The notes under the pieces: generated by a model | Told to the model about the DNA's origin: nothing | What the model saw: only the letters and a program-made list of their open reading frames with translations | The model's database searches: none | Made by a program: the position numbers and the translations under genes | Part shown: piece after piece, positions 32,587-50,104 of the stretch | How positions within the stretch are numbered: the stretch's first letter is position 1 | Layout: each line of letters begins with the position of its first letter | Assembly (NCBI RefSeq): GCF_009914755.1 | Contig: NC_060933.1 | DNA from: the human T2T-CHM13v2.0 reference genome, Homo sapiens | DNA: 64,000 nt | Strand: one strand, 5' to 3'

Positions 32587-33990
32587 TTCAAGGCTCTTCC
32601 TATACTTATTAACTGTGAGAATGTGGGTAAGTTATTTAACCAGGCAATGAAGAGGGTCCAGCTCTTTGTCTATATTGGTAATTTTTGCTCCTTTTGCTTC
32701 TCTTGCTAAATGTCTCTGCTCTCAGGCCTGGTCCTGCACTACGTATAATCTCCTGCTCTGGGTGGGCCCAGAGAATGCCCCATTGTGGCATTCTTTCCAC
32801 TGACCACAGGCATGGCCATGGAGGCTTTCACTGCCTTTCTCAAGACCAGAATAATTAGTGGTTGCCTCTTCAGGTGTCTCCTAGCCACCCCACGCTGAGG
32901 GTGCTATGAGCAACTTGGGAATAATCTTTATCATTCATGAAAACCTTGATTCAGTGCTGGGAAAGCTAACCTTTCCACTCCCTGATCAGGTTTGTTTTCC
33001 CTTTATCAACTCACAGTATAAGCTTCCATCCCCATCTGCTGTACTCTCATTAGGCTGAGATTACCTTATAAAAACATAGGTGGAAGCCGTCATCCTATCA
33101 TATGACAATTTCTGCCCTGAAACACACAGAAAATTAACCATCTGCTCTGATTTAAAACAAAACAGCTCCAAACTCAGACTACTAAAGCTGGTGTATTCTA
33201 CCTATAAGGAGATGCAGAAAGTAAAAGGTATTTTTCATTGTTGTGTGACCTTCTTATATTGGTAAGGACTTGACTGAAATTGATATCTGGAAGTATCCTG
33301 CCACTTGGACCTTTCTCTATTAGTCTTGGAGTGATATGAAAAGAATATTATTTCAAGTATTGCCGGGGTAGGATTCAGTGAGGCAATAAATCACATGCAC
33401 AAAAGGTATTTTTCTTTGTGAAGAATAAGAATGTGAGCTACCAGATCAAAACTGACTTGGAAGGCAGAATTTTAACACTTTTTTTTTTTTTTTTTGCAAA
33501 CTAAGTGAAAAAGACACATTTGGAAAGTGATCACATGCTGTTAGTGAGCAACTTAATCAGTTTTGTTCTGAGTTTGAGGGTAATTAACTAATAAGAAATC
33601 ATGGTTCAAAACAATAAAACTTTAACACACAACATGAACATGTTCAAAGATGGTCATGAATGTCCATATTTGTGAACATAGAAATGTTTAGGCAGGTACC
33701 TGACCTTCCCTCAAATCATAGATCCCACTGAGAGTCTCCTGTTTTCTGTGCATATTCTCAAGCCACAGGTGTTAACTCCCTTTCAACTTCTACTAAAGTT
33801 TTCCCGTCCTCTGATAGCCATTTTTCACATGTGAAAACTCGTTTCCATCTTTCACAAATGTAATATGCTACAGTGAGTGAAATTCAGCAAAGGCAAGACG
33901 AGACACAGCTGAGCGGTCAGAGAGGCATGCTCTTTGTCAAAGTAACTCCAGCTTTAAAATAACTCTCATTCAGGATCACTTGAGCCCAGG

Positions 33991-34207
33991 AGTGAGCTAA
34001 AGTGATTCAAGTGGCCTCACAATCTGTTCAACAAATATTTTGGCATTACAAAAAGAACCTTTTCAAATTTATTTTTTAGTTTCCTTGGCAAACGGGTTAA
34101 CCAAAAGGATCTTCTGTAAGTGGACAAGGATTGAGAAAACTAAGGAATTTGATCCATTGAACCTATTGTCACGGAAATGCAGTGGTTTTGTATGGACCTA
34201 AATAATT
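33991..34207 (-). repeat. Inverted copy of 35893-36109
   Basis: Ungapped hand alignment, about 21 mismatches in 217 bp. Confidence 0.95.
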
Positions 34208-34250
34208 TGGGCAACATAGCGAGACCTTGTCTCCACAAAAGAAAAATTGA

Positions 34251-34625
<375 letters not shown>

Positions 34626-34925
34626 TCAAGCCCAGGAAGTTGAGCCTGCAGTGAGCCATGATTGCACCACTGCACTCCAGCTTGGGCAACAGAGTGAGAG
34701 CCTGACTCCAAAAAATTAAAGAAAATATATGTAAATAAGTGAAACAATAAATAAAAAATACTCAAACACACATGATGGGAAGGTATGATCTCGAATACAC
34801 ATGATGGGAAGGTGTGATCACTTGCAAAGAGTTATCATTGAAAAAGTTAAATTCATAAAAGCTAAGTGTCTACTGCAGCAAAAATTACATATCAAGTGAG
34901 AACATAATTGTTTAAAAGTGCCTGA

Positions 34926-35050
34926 GACAGGTGCAGTGGCACATGTCTGTATTACCAGCTACTTGGAGAGCTGAGATGGGAAGATTGCTTGGGCCCAGAA
35001 GGTGGAGACTACCCTGGGCAAGATAGTAAGATCCTGTCTCTAAAAGGAAA
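34926..35050 (+). mobile_element. FLAM Alu monomer
   Basis: Single monomer; TSD taaaagtg(c/g)ctga. Confidence 0.8.
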
Positions 35051-35892
35051 TAAAAGTGGCTGAAAGAAAAAAAAACTTGCTGAACATTCTTGTGAACATC
35101 CTTGTGTTCCAGTGCCCCAACTGCAGTCCATACTATAGAACTGTTCAGAGCCTAGAAGCTGCTGGAGCCAGAGGGTGGAGATGAGCCATAGGAGAAAACT
35201 GACCAGAGCTGCTAGAAGAAATAAACAACAATTTGACCTAATAACAAGAGCACTTAAAGAGATATAAATATAGCAAAATCAAAATATACTGGGGGGCTAA
35301 CAAGCCATTATTTATGAACCTCCCTTCCCACCCAAGTCACCTCCTTTATGTGTGGTAGGATGTCCCCAGTCTAAGATTTAATCTATGTTCAACGTTCCAG
35401 GTTCTGTTTTGGGATTTCCGTAAAAACTAACCCTTTTCTCACCATGGACTTTCAAAAGCCTGGTTTTAAACTCAGAGCTGAGCAATTTCTTTCTGCCTAG
35501 ACAGTATCTGCCTTTCCTTCTCTAGGGCAATAAACCTCAGCCTCAGAGGCTAATCTTCCTGTCAGAGGGGTTATGAGAAGAATCCATTATCAAGAAAAGA
35601 AAATACTTCAAGTGGTATTTTGACATGATACCAGGACACAAGAAATGATTATACCCAATTCCCAGATAAAATTATATTATGAGCACCTCCTCAAATTTGC
35701 ATTCTCTGGGACCTAGGGATACGTCCTTTAAAGGTGCATCAGGAGGGAACATGTCAGAGCTCAATGCTCTTCCTTTCCTAAGTCAAGTGCATGAGACCCC
35801 ACACTCCTTCTGATTGTATGGCCTTGAACTCAGGAACTGTGCATCATTTTTCTTTGTATCCTCTGTGCTTTAAGCAGCACAGTGCACATTGC

Positions 35893-36109
35893 AGTTGTTT
35901 AGGTCCATATAGAACCACTGCATTTCTGCCACAATAGGTTCAATGGATCTAATTATTTAGTTTTCTCAATCCTTGTCCACCCACAGAAGATCCTTTTGGT
36001 TAACCACTTTGTCAAGAAAACTAAAAAATAAACTTGAAAAAGTTCTTTTTGTAATGCCAAAATATTTGTTGAACATATTGTAAGGCCACTTGAATCACAT
36101 TAGCTCACT
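35893..36109 (+). repeat. Probable donor of the inverted 217-bp duplicate; includes part of an old dispersed repeat
   Basis: Reverse complement matches 33991-34207; a more diverged relative lies at about 62080-62930. Confidence 0.9.
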
Positions 36110-37263
36110 AAAACGTCTATCGCAAAGTCACAGTCTTATGTTACTGAATTCTTAGAATTCTTATTCTCCTCTAATCCCACAGAAACAAAAATTGCTTAAA
36201 GTTCAATCTATCTTTAAAGAAAAATATTAAAATTTGTAATGTCTGTGGATAACTAGGAGGCAAGAAAGTTGAAAACTGAAATCCTGCGTCATATATCACT
36301 AGTAGGTCTTACCTCTCATTGTTTTTTGACATAAAGCAATTATTGGATAATTCAGCTTGGTAGAGAGGCTGAATTGTGATATTTGGGGTGTCATAAAAGG
36401 CAGTATTTGCAAGATCAAGTGGGAGACATAATACACAGAGTAAAAAATATACAGGGATAGGAACTGTAAGGGAAAAAAACCCAAGAGACTACAGGCTAAA
36501 TAAACCTAACCCATGGATAACTGAAGTTCTAGAACGAGAAATAAAAACAGATAGAGACAAGGTAATAATACTAAACTATTAGAAGAAAATTTTCCTGAAA
36601 TTAAGAAAATTTTAAATCTGCAGTTTGAAGTATTCAAGTTATGTATAGGAATGCTGGAAAAATAAAAAGCCTGATAAAATTTCTAAACTTTTAGGATAAA
36701 TTTTAAAACTTCCAGACAGAAAGAATCTATGCTATTATATTAATAAAGATGCTTTCTGGTGGTGAGTATCAGAAACATCAAAGTGACTTTAAAAATAAGG
36801 AAACTGTATATATACATATCTCATATACACACACGTGCACACGTACACACACAAAGCCCAGGGGTAAAACCACTCTAGAGTTAGTTAATTCAGTGGCCTA
36901 ACTGCACCAGTAAAGACAGACCAGGTTTTTTTCAAACTAATAATTCTGCTTTATCCTCAGACTACCTTCTTTCATGGCAAAAATTACAGCATCACAATGT
37001 CCAAAAGCAGCAAACGAATTGTCTCTCCTCTTGTCTTAGTGGCAGTAGCTGTTGATTACCTATCCAAGATCCACCATCTTAGTGGCAGTAGCTTAGTGGC
37101 AGTAGTTGTTGATTACCTATCCAAGATCCACCATCCTCTTCTTCTTCACTAAAAGAACCTTGATTTTGTGCCCAGCTAAACACACTTTCTAAGACTTCTT
37201 TTTGGTCAAGGGTGACCATGTGATATAATTTTGGACTATAAGATGTAAGCAGAAAGAAGTTTG

Positions 37264-37747
37264 TGTGATGGTTAGTTTTATGTGTCAACTTGACTGGACC
37301 ATGGGGTCCCCAGATGTTTGTTTAAACATTATTCTGAGTGTATCTTCAAGGGTGTTTATGGATGAGATTAACATTTTAATCTGTAAAGCAAATTGCTTGC
37401 CATAATGTGGCTGGGCCTTATTCTATCAGGCCTAAATAGAACAAAAAGTCTGACTCTTCCCTGAGTAAGAGAGAATTTTCCAGCAGATGGCCTTTGGACT
37501 TCATCAGAAATATCAGCTCTTCCTGACTGATGACCTTTAAAGTGGGACATCAGCTATCCTTGAGTCCCCAGTCTGCCAACCCATTCTGCAGATTGGACTT
37601 GCCAGCTTTCATAATACTGTGAACCATTCCTTATTTATATTTATTCATCATATATATGTACACACACATATATGTAAATATATATATTTACATTATATTC
37701 CATATATATATTCTGTTTCTCTGAAGAACCCTGACCAATCTAATATA
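37264..37747 (+). mobile_element. MLT2 solo LTR nested in an older MLT1-type LTR
   Basis: tgtgatggttagttttatgtgtcaacttgactgg...ctgtttctctgaagaaccctgac. Confidence 0.85.
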
Positions 37748-39464
37748 TTTTGCTAAATGGTTTCTGGGAAACCATAAGCTTTCTTGATATGAAAGGACAG
37801 TAGCATGTGGTACAGACATTATCCTACCTATTTTTCCTTCTTCTTGCTTTGAAGTGATGACTGGAGCTAGAACTGCAGCAGCCATCTTGCAACTATGAGG
37901 GAAAGGTCAAAGAAACTAGAGATGTATATGCCCTGATATCAGAAATGCAACATCAGCAACTGCCTGCCTCTGGGCTTTTTGCTATCTGAGAAAACTATCC
38001 CCCAATTTTTAAAGGTCATTTTTGTTTTATGTTATTTTGAATTGAAAACTTTCCTAATTGATAGAGTAGTGATCTCAAATGCTAGAAAACTTTTCTAAAA
38101 AATATTTCTTACTAGACTTTCCTTGATGTATCATTGACTAGAGCAGAGTCACATGCTCACTCCTAAGCTAATTAGAAGTAAATGACCTTTTCATGATTGA
38201 CTTAAACAAATCAAAATCTACAATTCCAGAACAAGAAATGGGATAAATACCATGGAGAATAGGATAATACCTGAGAAAATCAGTGCTGATGTTAGGAAGC
38301 CAGTAGATGTTGAGTGGGTAACCAAGTGTGTCTGCCACACTTACAAAGGAAAAAGAATCAGATAGGCATCAAACTTCCTGAATACATACTAAAATCTAAA
38401 AATGAATTACGTTATTTCTATAGGCTACCTCCAAAAGTGAGCTGAAACCCAAAAATTCACTGTCTAGCCCTGTCAGGATAAAAATATATATTTGCAGAAA
38501 CTCAGGAATTCAGAGAACATTAATCACATACTTCATGTGAGAAAAACACTGCTAAACTACAAATGTTAGGACAGAGATTTCAAAATGAGGGGAGAGGAGA
38601 AGTAATAAGCAATACATCTGGCTCTATATGTAGAAAAATATAAGTGAATAGTGGCAGAGTGACCAAGAAATTATAATTTTAATTCTAAATAAGGATTTTT
38701 AAAACAAAAACTACATATTGCAAGGAAAAATATAAGAATCTTTGGGTCTTAGAGTACTAAATATTTCAATACTTGGATCTTAAAATATGATTTTAAAAAC
38801 TCTAGGATTTGATAGTAGTGGGTGGAAAACAGATTATGGGAAATGAAAGCATTCTAACAACAAATTAATTAGTTACAGTTTGTTTTCTTTTCTGTGTGGC
38901 TTGTTTTCTTTTCTTTACAGCTGGTTTTCATTTCCTTTCAAATTTAAAAGAGTGTATTTAACATTCCATCTTAAGGCAATGTGATAACCATGAATTCTTT
39001 GTGTGAGAAAGGAAAGAGGGAGGTTAATTTTTAATGAAAGTCGATAGTGTAGAGGAAAGAGGGTCTTCCCTGGCATCCTTCAGCCATTTACAACATTTTA
39101 CAAAACAATGCAGGTAAGGGAAAAGCTTTCACCCATAACTAGAGGAAAAAAGGTTCTAGCTGCCTAGGTTACAGCAGCCTGTGATGTGACTCAAGCCTCA
39201 TAATTCACATTTTTTAAGGCTCACAATAATTTAGAGTTCCAACAGCTTTGACTTTGAATTACTTATTTTCACAATAACACAAACAAAACTTGATATAATA
39301 AATGCATATATCCTTAGAATTGACAATATATATTTTATATGACCATGATTTGTACAAAAATTGTATTTGCTGCAAAAAACATTAAAATATAAAACAGTAA
39401 AGATTTTTAAAACCACAAACTCTGATCCTCATCCAATAAAATCAGAAAAATATCATATAAAAAT

Positions 39465-42400
39465 GAAGTGACAAGAGGGCAGAATAGAAGGTAACCCGCT
39501 CATATCTCCCTATAAGAATTCTGCATCCATCCATGGTAAAAAGTCACTCTGCAGGAGCCTCAGGATTGAGGTAGGAGTTTGTGAAACCCTAGTGAAGTCC
39601 AAGACATCAGAGGATCATTTGCAGAGGGAAGACCTACACATAGGTGGCTGATCCACCAAGCTTGTTCCTGGGTTCAAGCCAGAAAATGACCCAGTCTCCC
39701 AAGGGGTTTGGATACAACCCCACTTGGCCTTGATCCTGCAACCAAAGCCATCTGCCGAGGAGTCAAGAAGGAATTGTGCACACTAATAGAAAGGCTCATC
39801 TACCCACTGACAGTCGTGTTGGCAGTCAATCTGAACGTTGCTCTCTGGTTCTGCTCCAGCCCCCTCAGGTGAGGTCCCAGCTCAGAGCTGCTTACATAAG
39901 GATCCAGAGGGAGACTTGCCCATAACTTGCAGCCCAGTAGTCTGAGCCTCTCAGACAGGCTAGAGCTTGTAAACCTCTGTTCCACAACAGATACCAAGGA
40001 GGCCCAGTCTCAGCTCTGGCCTCTCACACTGCAACCAAGGAACTATTCCATCTTTACAGAAACTTGCTGGGAGAATGTGTCTCTCTGAGCCAATGAGACA
40101 GGGCTCTCCAGGTTCTGCCCCACAGCAGATGTCAAGGGGGCCCCATCTCAGCAACACTCCATCCTGCTGCAGTTGGGGAACTATCCCATCTATGCTGATA
40201 CCTGCTTGGAGATGTATACCTGTTTAAGCCAATGAGAAGGGCTCTTCAGCTTGTCCCACAGCAGATCCTGAGGGGCCCTAGTAACCGCTCTGACTCCCCC
40301 TGCTGCACAGAACTATCCCATCTATCCAGAGACCTACTAGAAGATGCGTACCCATATAAACCACTGGGATAAGCATGCCAGTGTCTGTCTCACAGCAGGT
40401 CCCTTGGAGGTCCAGCCTCAGCTTTGGTCTTTCCTGCTGCAGTCGAAGAACTACCCTGCTTGTGCAGGGTACTGCTGGGTGACATATATCTGTCTGAGCC
40501 AACAAAATAGGCCCATCAGCTTCCTTCCCATAACAGATCCTGAGAGGGACCAATTTCAACTCCAGCCTCCCTTGCTGCAGGTGGGGACCCATCCCACATG
40601 TGCAGAAACCTGCTGAGAGGCATGCACAGGTGGGATGGGTCCCCAACTGGGGATAGCCATCCATCTTGGCCACCAGGACAGTCTTCTGGATTCAGGTCCC
40701 TGTCCAGCATTCCCACACAGCCCAAGTACCCTCCTTGAGTCTTCCCCTGATCCTTCTGGGCTGGAAAGCTGTGCCAATCTCATAGTCCTCATGAGACTTG
40801 CAGCAAGCCTGTACTTAGAGCATCTTCTACTGCTGAGATGGCTGCAGAGGTCAGAGGCTCAGAGAAAACAATAGTCAGACTGTATAGAATCCCTACAAGG
40901 ATAAGCACAAAGAAAGCTAGACTACAAAGACTAAAATATTAAATAAATACCTAACCTATCAATACGCAGACATCATTTCATGTTCACAGCATTAAAAACA
41001 CACACGGAAATATGACTCTTCATATGGAAAAACTAAGGTGCCAGAGGCTGACCCTAAAGGGATAGAGATATGCACTTTCTTAGACAAATAATACAAAATA
41101 GCTGTTTTAAGAAGCTTGATTGACTTCTACAAAATACACATAATCAATTCAGAAATGTATCAGAGAAATTTAACAGAGATTAAAATAATTAAAAAAAAAA
41201 AAAACCCAGAAATCCTGGAGCTGAAAAATACAATGAATGAAAGGAAAAATGCAATAGATCAGCAGAACTGATCAAGCTGAACAATCAGTGAGCTTGAAAA
41301 CAGAATATTTGAAAATATACAGTCAGAGGAGAAAAAAGAATGAAAAGTATAAAGAAAGCTTACAGGAATGACAGGACAACAATAAAAGAGCAATCATTCA
41401 TGTTACTTAGTTAAAGAGGGAAATGAGAAAGACAAGAAGGTAGAAAGCTTTTTCAAAGAAATAATAACACAAACCTTCCAAACCTGGAGAAAGATATAAA
41501 TATCCAGGTACAGGAAGGTCAAGGGTCACCAATCACTTTCAACCCATATAAGAATACCCTTAGGTATTACAATCAAACTCTCAAAGATCAAAGACAAAGA
41601 AGCGATTATGAAAGCAATGAGAAAAAAGAAGCAAATAACAGATAAGGTAGATCTGAAATGCCTGGCAGCAGACTTCTCAGTAGAAACTGTACAGGCCAGG
41701 AGAGGTGAGATGATATATTCAGAGTGCTGAAAGAAGTAAACTGCAAAGCAAGAATACTGTTTCCAGTAAAGCTATTCTTCAGAAACGAAGGAGAGATAAA
41801 GGCTTTCCTAGACAAACAAAAGCTGAGGGAATTTGTTGCTACCAGACCTGTCCTACAAGAAATGCTAACGAGAGTTCTTTAGGCCAAAAGAAAAGGATAC
41901 CAATGTGATTGTTACACTAATATTGTAATTGTGGTGTGTAAATCAATTAAATCTTTACTAAGAAGACTAAAAGATAAAACTACTAAAAACAATAACTACA
42001 ACAATTTATTAAGAGATTAGCAATATAAAAATGTAAATTGCAGTATCAAAAATTCAAAATGTGTGAGGAGAGGGGAATTAATATGTATAAGGTTTTATTT
42101 TGTTAGTTTGTTTCTTTTTGTTTTTTTGTGATCAAAGCTAAGTTGGAATCAGTTTTAAGTAACTTGTTATAACTATAGAATTTTTTGTAATCTTCATATT
42201 AACCACCAAACAAAAACTTATGATAGATATACTGAAAATAAAAAGCAATGAATTAAAACATACTACCAGAGAAAATCACTTAACCACAAAGGAAGACAGT
42301 GAGAAAGGACGGAACTGGAGGCCTTTGGTAAGCCAGGCACAGAAAGACAAATATCGCATGTTCTCATTCATATGTGGGAGCTGAAAAAGTGGATCTCATG

Positions 42401-42730
42401 GAGATAGAGATTAAAATGGTGCTTACCAGAGGATGTAAAAGAAAGGCGAGGGAGGTAGGGATGAAGAGAAGTTGGTTAAAGGATACAAAAACATAGAAGG
42501 AATAGGTTCTAGTATTTGATGTATAGTAGGGAAATTATAGTTAACAATAACTTATTGTATATTTCAAAGTAGCTGGAAGAGAAGATTTGTAATGCTCCCA
42601 ACAGAAAGAAAAGATACATGTTTGAAGTGATGGCCATCCTGATTACCCTGATTTTCTCATTACACATTATATGCAGGTATCAAAATATTGCATGTACAAC
42701 TATTAAATATCAATTTTTTAAAAATTTAAA
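39465..42730 (+). mobile_element. L1MA-type LINE-1: long 5'UTR + ORF1 + 3'UTR, ORF2 missing
   Basis: ORF1 remnants about 40950-41900; junction near 42310 straight into an L1MA4-like 3'UTR (aagccaggcacagaaagacaaatatcgcatgttctc). Confidence 0.75.
39960..40630 (+). repeat. Five degenerate ~137-bp tandem monomers in the L1 5'UTR
   Basis: Anchor ca(c/t)a(a/g)cag(a/g)t at 39983, 40121, 40257, 40391, 40529. Confidence 0.85.
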
Positions 42731-43156
42731 AATCAAAAACACTTTTCAAAAAGAAACCTGTAAGTCCTAATGATGGTGGAGTAACCATAACACTCCTATA
42801 CTGCCTATAGGAGTATAGAAAGAAAGAAAAATGAAAGTACACATGAAAGAAAAATAAATTTCTATTTGGATAAAAGAAATAGATAATATAAATAAATACG
42901 ATCTTAAAAATTAGAAAAAGCAATCAAAAACCCAAACTAAGAAAATAAAAGCTAAAATTGATGAAATAGAAATTTTTTTACATGGAAGAAGAATGCATCA
43001 ACTGAAAAACTATTCCTTTGAGAGGACCAATAAAAACAACAAGCTTCATGAGCCTGATTATGGCAAAAATAAAATATGCCCACAAGAAAAAATATACATG
43101 ATTAGGAATGAAAAATGATAACTATCAAAGAAAGAGATTTTTTAAAAAATTGTAAG

Positions 43157-43480
43157 AGCCAGGTATGATGGCTCATGCCTGTAATCCCAGCACTTTGGGA
43201 GGCCAAGGCAGGAGGATGGCTTGGGGCCAGGAGTTCAAATAGCCTGTGCACCATGGTGAGACCCTGTCTCCCACAAAAAAACTAAAAAACTAGCCAGGCA
43301 TGGTGGCTCATACCTGTAGACCTAGCTACTCAGGAGCCTGAGGCAGGATAATTGCTTGAGCCCAGGAGGTTGAAGATGCAGTGAGCTATAATTGTGCCAC
43401 TGTACTCTAGCCTGGGTAGTAGAGTGAGACCCTGTCACAGAAAAAAAAAAAAAATATATATATATATATATATGTATATG
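43157..43480 (+). mobile_element. Alu (AluJ-like) with A/(TA)n tail
   Basis: Full dimer. Confidence 0.9.
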
Positions 43481-43624
43481 AATATTATATGCACATCTGT
43501 CAAAACAAATTTGAGAACCAGGAGGAAATTGCTGATTTCCTAGCAAAATACAAATGTCTAAAATTGACCTAAGAAATAGAAAACATTAAAAGGCCAATTT
43601 CCATAGAATAGATTTGAAAGGTGA

Positions 43625-44326
43625 TAAACCATAGCTGTCCAAAGATGTCTGTGTTCTAACCCCTGAATATGTGAATAAAGTATGTTATTTTATATGGCAA
43701 AAGGAACTTTACAGTTGTGATTATGTTAAGGATCTAGACATAGAGAAAGTACCTTGCATTAATTCCAGGTGGCCCCAATGATGTAATTGCAAGGGTCTTT
43801 ATAAGAGGGAGTGTGGTAGGCTGAATAATGGCCCCCAAATATATCGAAGTCTTGATCCCTGGATCCTATGAATATTACCTTATATGGCAAAGGGATTTTG
43901 CAGGTGTGATTAAATTAGGAATTTTTTTTAGATGAAGAGATTATCCTGTATTAGCTGGGTGGGCCCTAAATATAATCACAAGTGTGCTTGTAAGAAGGAG
44001 AAAGAGGGAGATTTGACCACAGTAGAGGGTGATGCCATCATGGAAGCAGAGAGAGATTTGAAGACGTTATACTGCTACCTTTGAAAATGAAGGAAAGTGC
44101 AATGAGACATGTAATGCAAATGGCCCCTAAAAGCTGGAAAAGGCAAGGAAACGGATTCTCCTCCAGAGCCTTCAGAGGGAGTGCAGTCCTGCTGACACCT
44201 TGACTTTAGCCCAGTGAAGCTGATTTTGTACTTATGACCTCTATAACTATAAGAGAATAAATTTGTGTTGTCTTAAGCCCCTAAATTTGTGGTAATTTGC
44301 TACAGTAGAAATAGGAAACTAACACA
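43625..44326 (+). mobile_element. MLT1 (MLT1D-like) LTRs: partial copy followed by a complete copy from about 43812
   Basis: tgtggtaggctgaataatggccccc...gctacagtagaaataggaaactaacaca. Confidence 0.85.
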
Positions 44327-44572
44327 GGTGAATTTTTCTTTAATTTTTTAATTTTTTATTTTTTATTATTATACTTTAAGTTTTAGGGTACATGTGCACA
44401 ATGTGCAGGTTAGTTACATATGTATACATGTGCCATGTTTGTGCGCTGCACCCACTAACTCCTCATCTAGCATTAGGTATATCTCCCAATGCTAACCCTC
44501 CCCCCTCCCCCCAACCCACAACAGTCCCCAGAGTGTGATATTCCCCTTCCTGTGTCCATGTGTTCTCATTGT

Positions 44573-48416
<3,844 letters not shown>

Positions 48417-48464
48417 TTATTTTGCTCGTTAGTTGATGCAGTTTCTTCCTAGTCTCGATGGTCT

Positions 48465-49481
48465 TTACAATTTGGCATGATTTTGCAGCGGCTGGTACTG
48501 GTTGTTCCTTTCTATGTTTAGCACTTCCTTCAGGAGCTCTTTTAGGGCAGGCCTGGTGGTGACAAAATTTCTCAGCATTTGCTTGTCTGTAAAGTATTTT
48601 ATTTCTCCTTCACTTATAAAGCTTAGTTTGGCTGGATATGAAATTCTGGGTTGAAAATTCTTTTCTTTAAGAACGTTGAATATTGGCCCCCACTCTCTTC
48701 TGGCTTGTAGAGTTTCTGCCGAGAGATCCGCTGTTAGTCTGATGGGCTTCCCTTTGAGGGTAACCCGACCTTTCTCTCTGGCTGCCCTTAACATTTTTTC
48801 CTTCATTTCAACTTTGGTGAATCTGACAATTATGTGTCTTGGAGTTGCTCTTCTCGAGGAGTATCTTTGTGGCGTTCTCTGTATTTCCTGAATCTGAATG
48901 TTGGCCTGCTTTGCTAGATTGGGCAAGTTCTCCTGGACAATATCCTGCAGAGTGTTTTCCAACTTGGTTCCATTCTCCCCGTCACTTTCAGGTACAACAA
49001 TCAGACGTAGATTTGGTCTTTTCACATAGTCCCATATTTCTTGGAGGCTTTGCTCGTTTCTTTTGATTCTTTTTTCTCTAAACTTCCCTTCTCACTTCAT
49101 TTCATTCATTTCATCTTCCATCACTGATACCCTTTCTTCCAGTTGATCGCATCGGCTCCTGAGGCTTCTGCATTCTTCACGTAGTTCTCGAGCTTTGGTT
49201 TTCAGCTCCATCAGCTCCTTTAAGCACTTCTCTGTATTGATTATTCTAGTTATACATTCTTCTAAATTTTTTTCAAAGTTTTCAACTTCTTTGCCTTTGG
49301 TTTGAATGTCGTCCCATAGCTCAGAGTAATTTGATCATCTGAAGCCTTCTTCTCTCAGCTCGTCAAAGTCATTCTCCATCCAGGTTTGTTCCGTTGCTGG
49401 TGAGGAACTGTGTTCCTTTGGAGGAGGAGAGGCGCTCTGCTTTTTACAGTTTCCAGTTTTTCTGCTCTGTTTTTTCCCCAT
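48465..49481 (-). pseudogene. L1 ORF1, disrupted
   Basis: ATG at 49481; CGA>TGA stop near 49336; C-terminal 186 aa open. Confidence 0.92.
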
Positions 49482-49936
49482 CTTTGTGGTTTTATCTACT
49501 TTTGGTCTTTAATGATGGTGATGTGCAGATGGGTTTTTGGTGTGGATGTCCTTTCTGTTTGTTAGTTTTCCTTCTAACAGACAGGACCCTCAGCTGCAGG
49601 TCTGTTGGAATACCCTGCCGTGTGAGGTGTCAGTGTGCCCCTGCTTGGGGGTGCCTCCCAGTTAGGCTGCTCGGGGGTCAGGGGTCAGGGACCCACTTGA
49701 GGAGGCAGTCTGCCCGTTCTCAGATCTCCAGCTGCGTGCTGGGAGAACCACTGCTCTCTTCAAAGCTGTCAGACAGGGACACTTAAGTCTGCAGAGGTTA
49801 CTGCTGTCTTTTTGTTTGTCTGTGCCCTGCCCCCAGAGGTGGAGCCTACAGAGGCAGGCAGGCCTCCTTGAGCTGTGGTGGGCTCCACCCAGTTCGAGCT
49901 TCCCTGCTGCTTTGTTTACCTAAGCAAGCCTGGGCA

Positions 49937-50104
49937 ATGGCGGGCGCCCCTCCCCCAGCCTCGTTGCCGCCTTGCAGTTTGATCTCAGACTGCTGTGCTA
50001 GCAATCAGCGAGGCTCCGTGGGCGTAGGACCCTCCGAGCCAGGTGTGGGACACAATCTCCTGGTGCGCTGTTTTTTAAGCCCGTCAGTATTCGGGTGCGA
50101 GTGA
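49937..50104 (+). pseudogene. ORF0: L1 ORF0, truncated to 55 aa
   Basis: MAGAPPPASL...; frameshifted by a ~10-bp 5'UTR deletion near 50084. Confidence 0.7.

Noticed and set aside
32640-33960. Repeat-poor stretch as a conserved regulatory element
   Set aside because: Cannot be supported without conservation or chromatin data.
39960-40630. CRISPR-like repeat-spacer array
   Set aside because: Primate DNA; the whole unit is homologous, with no unique spacers and no cas genes.
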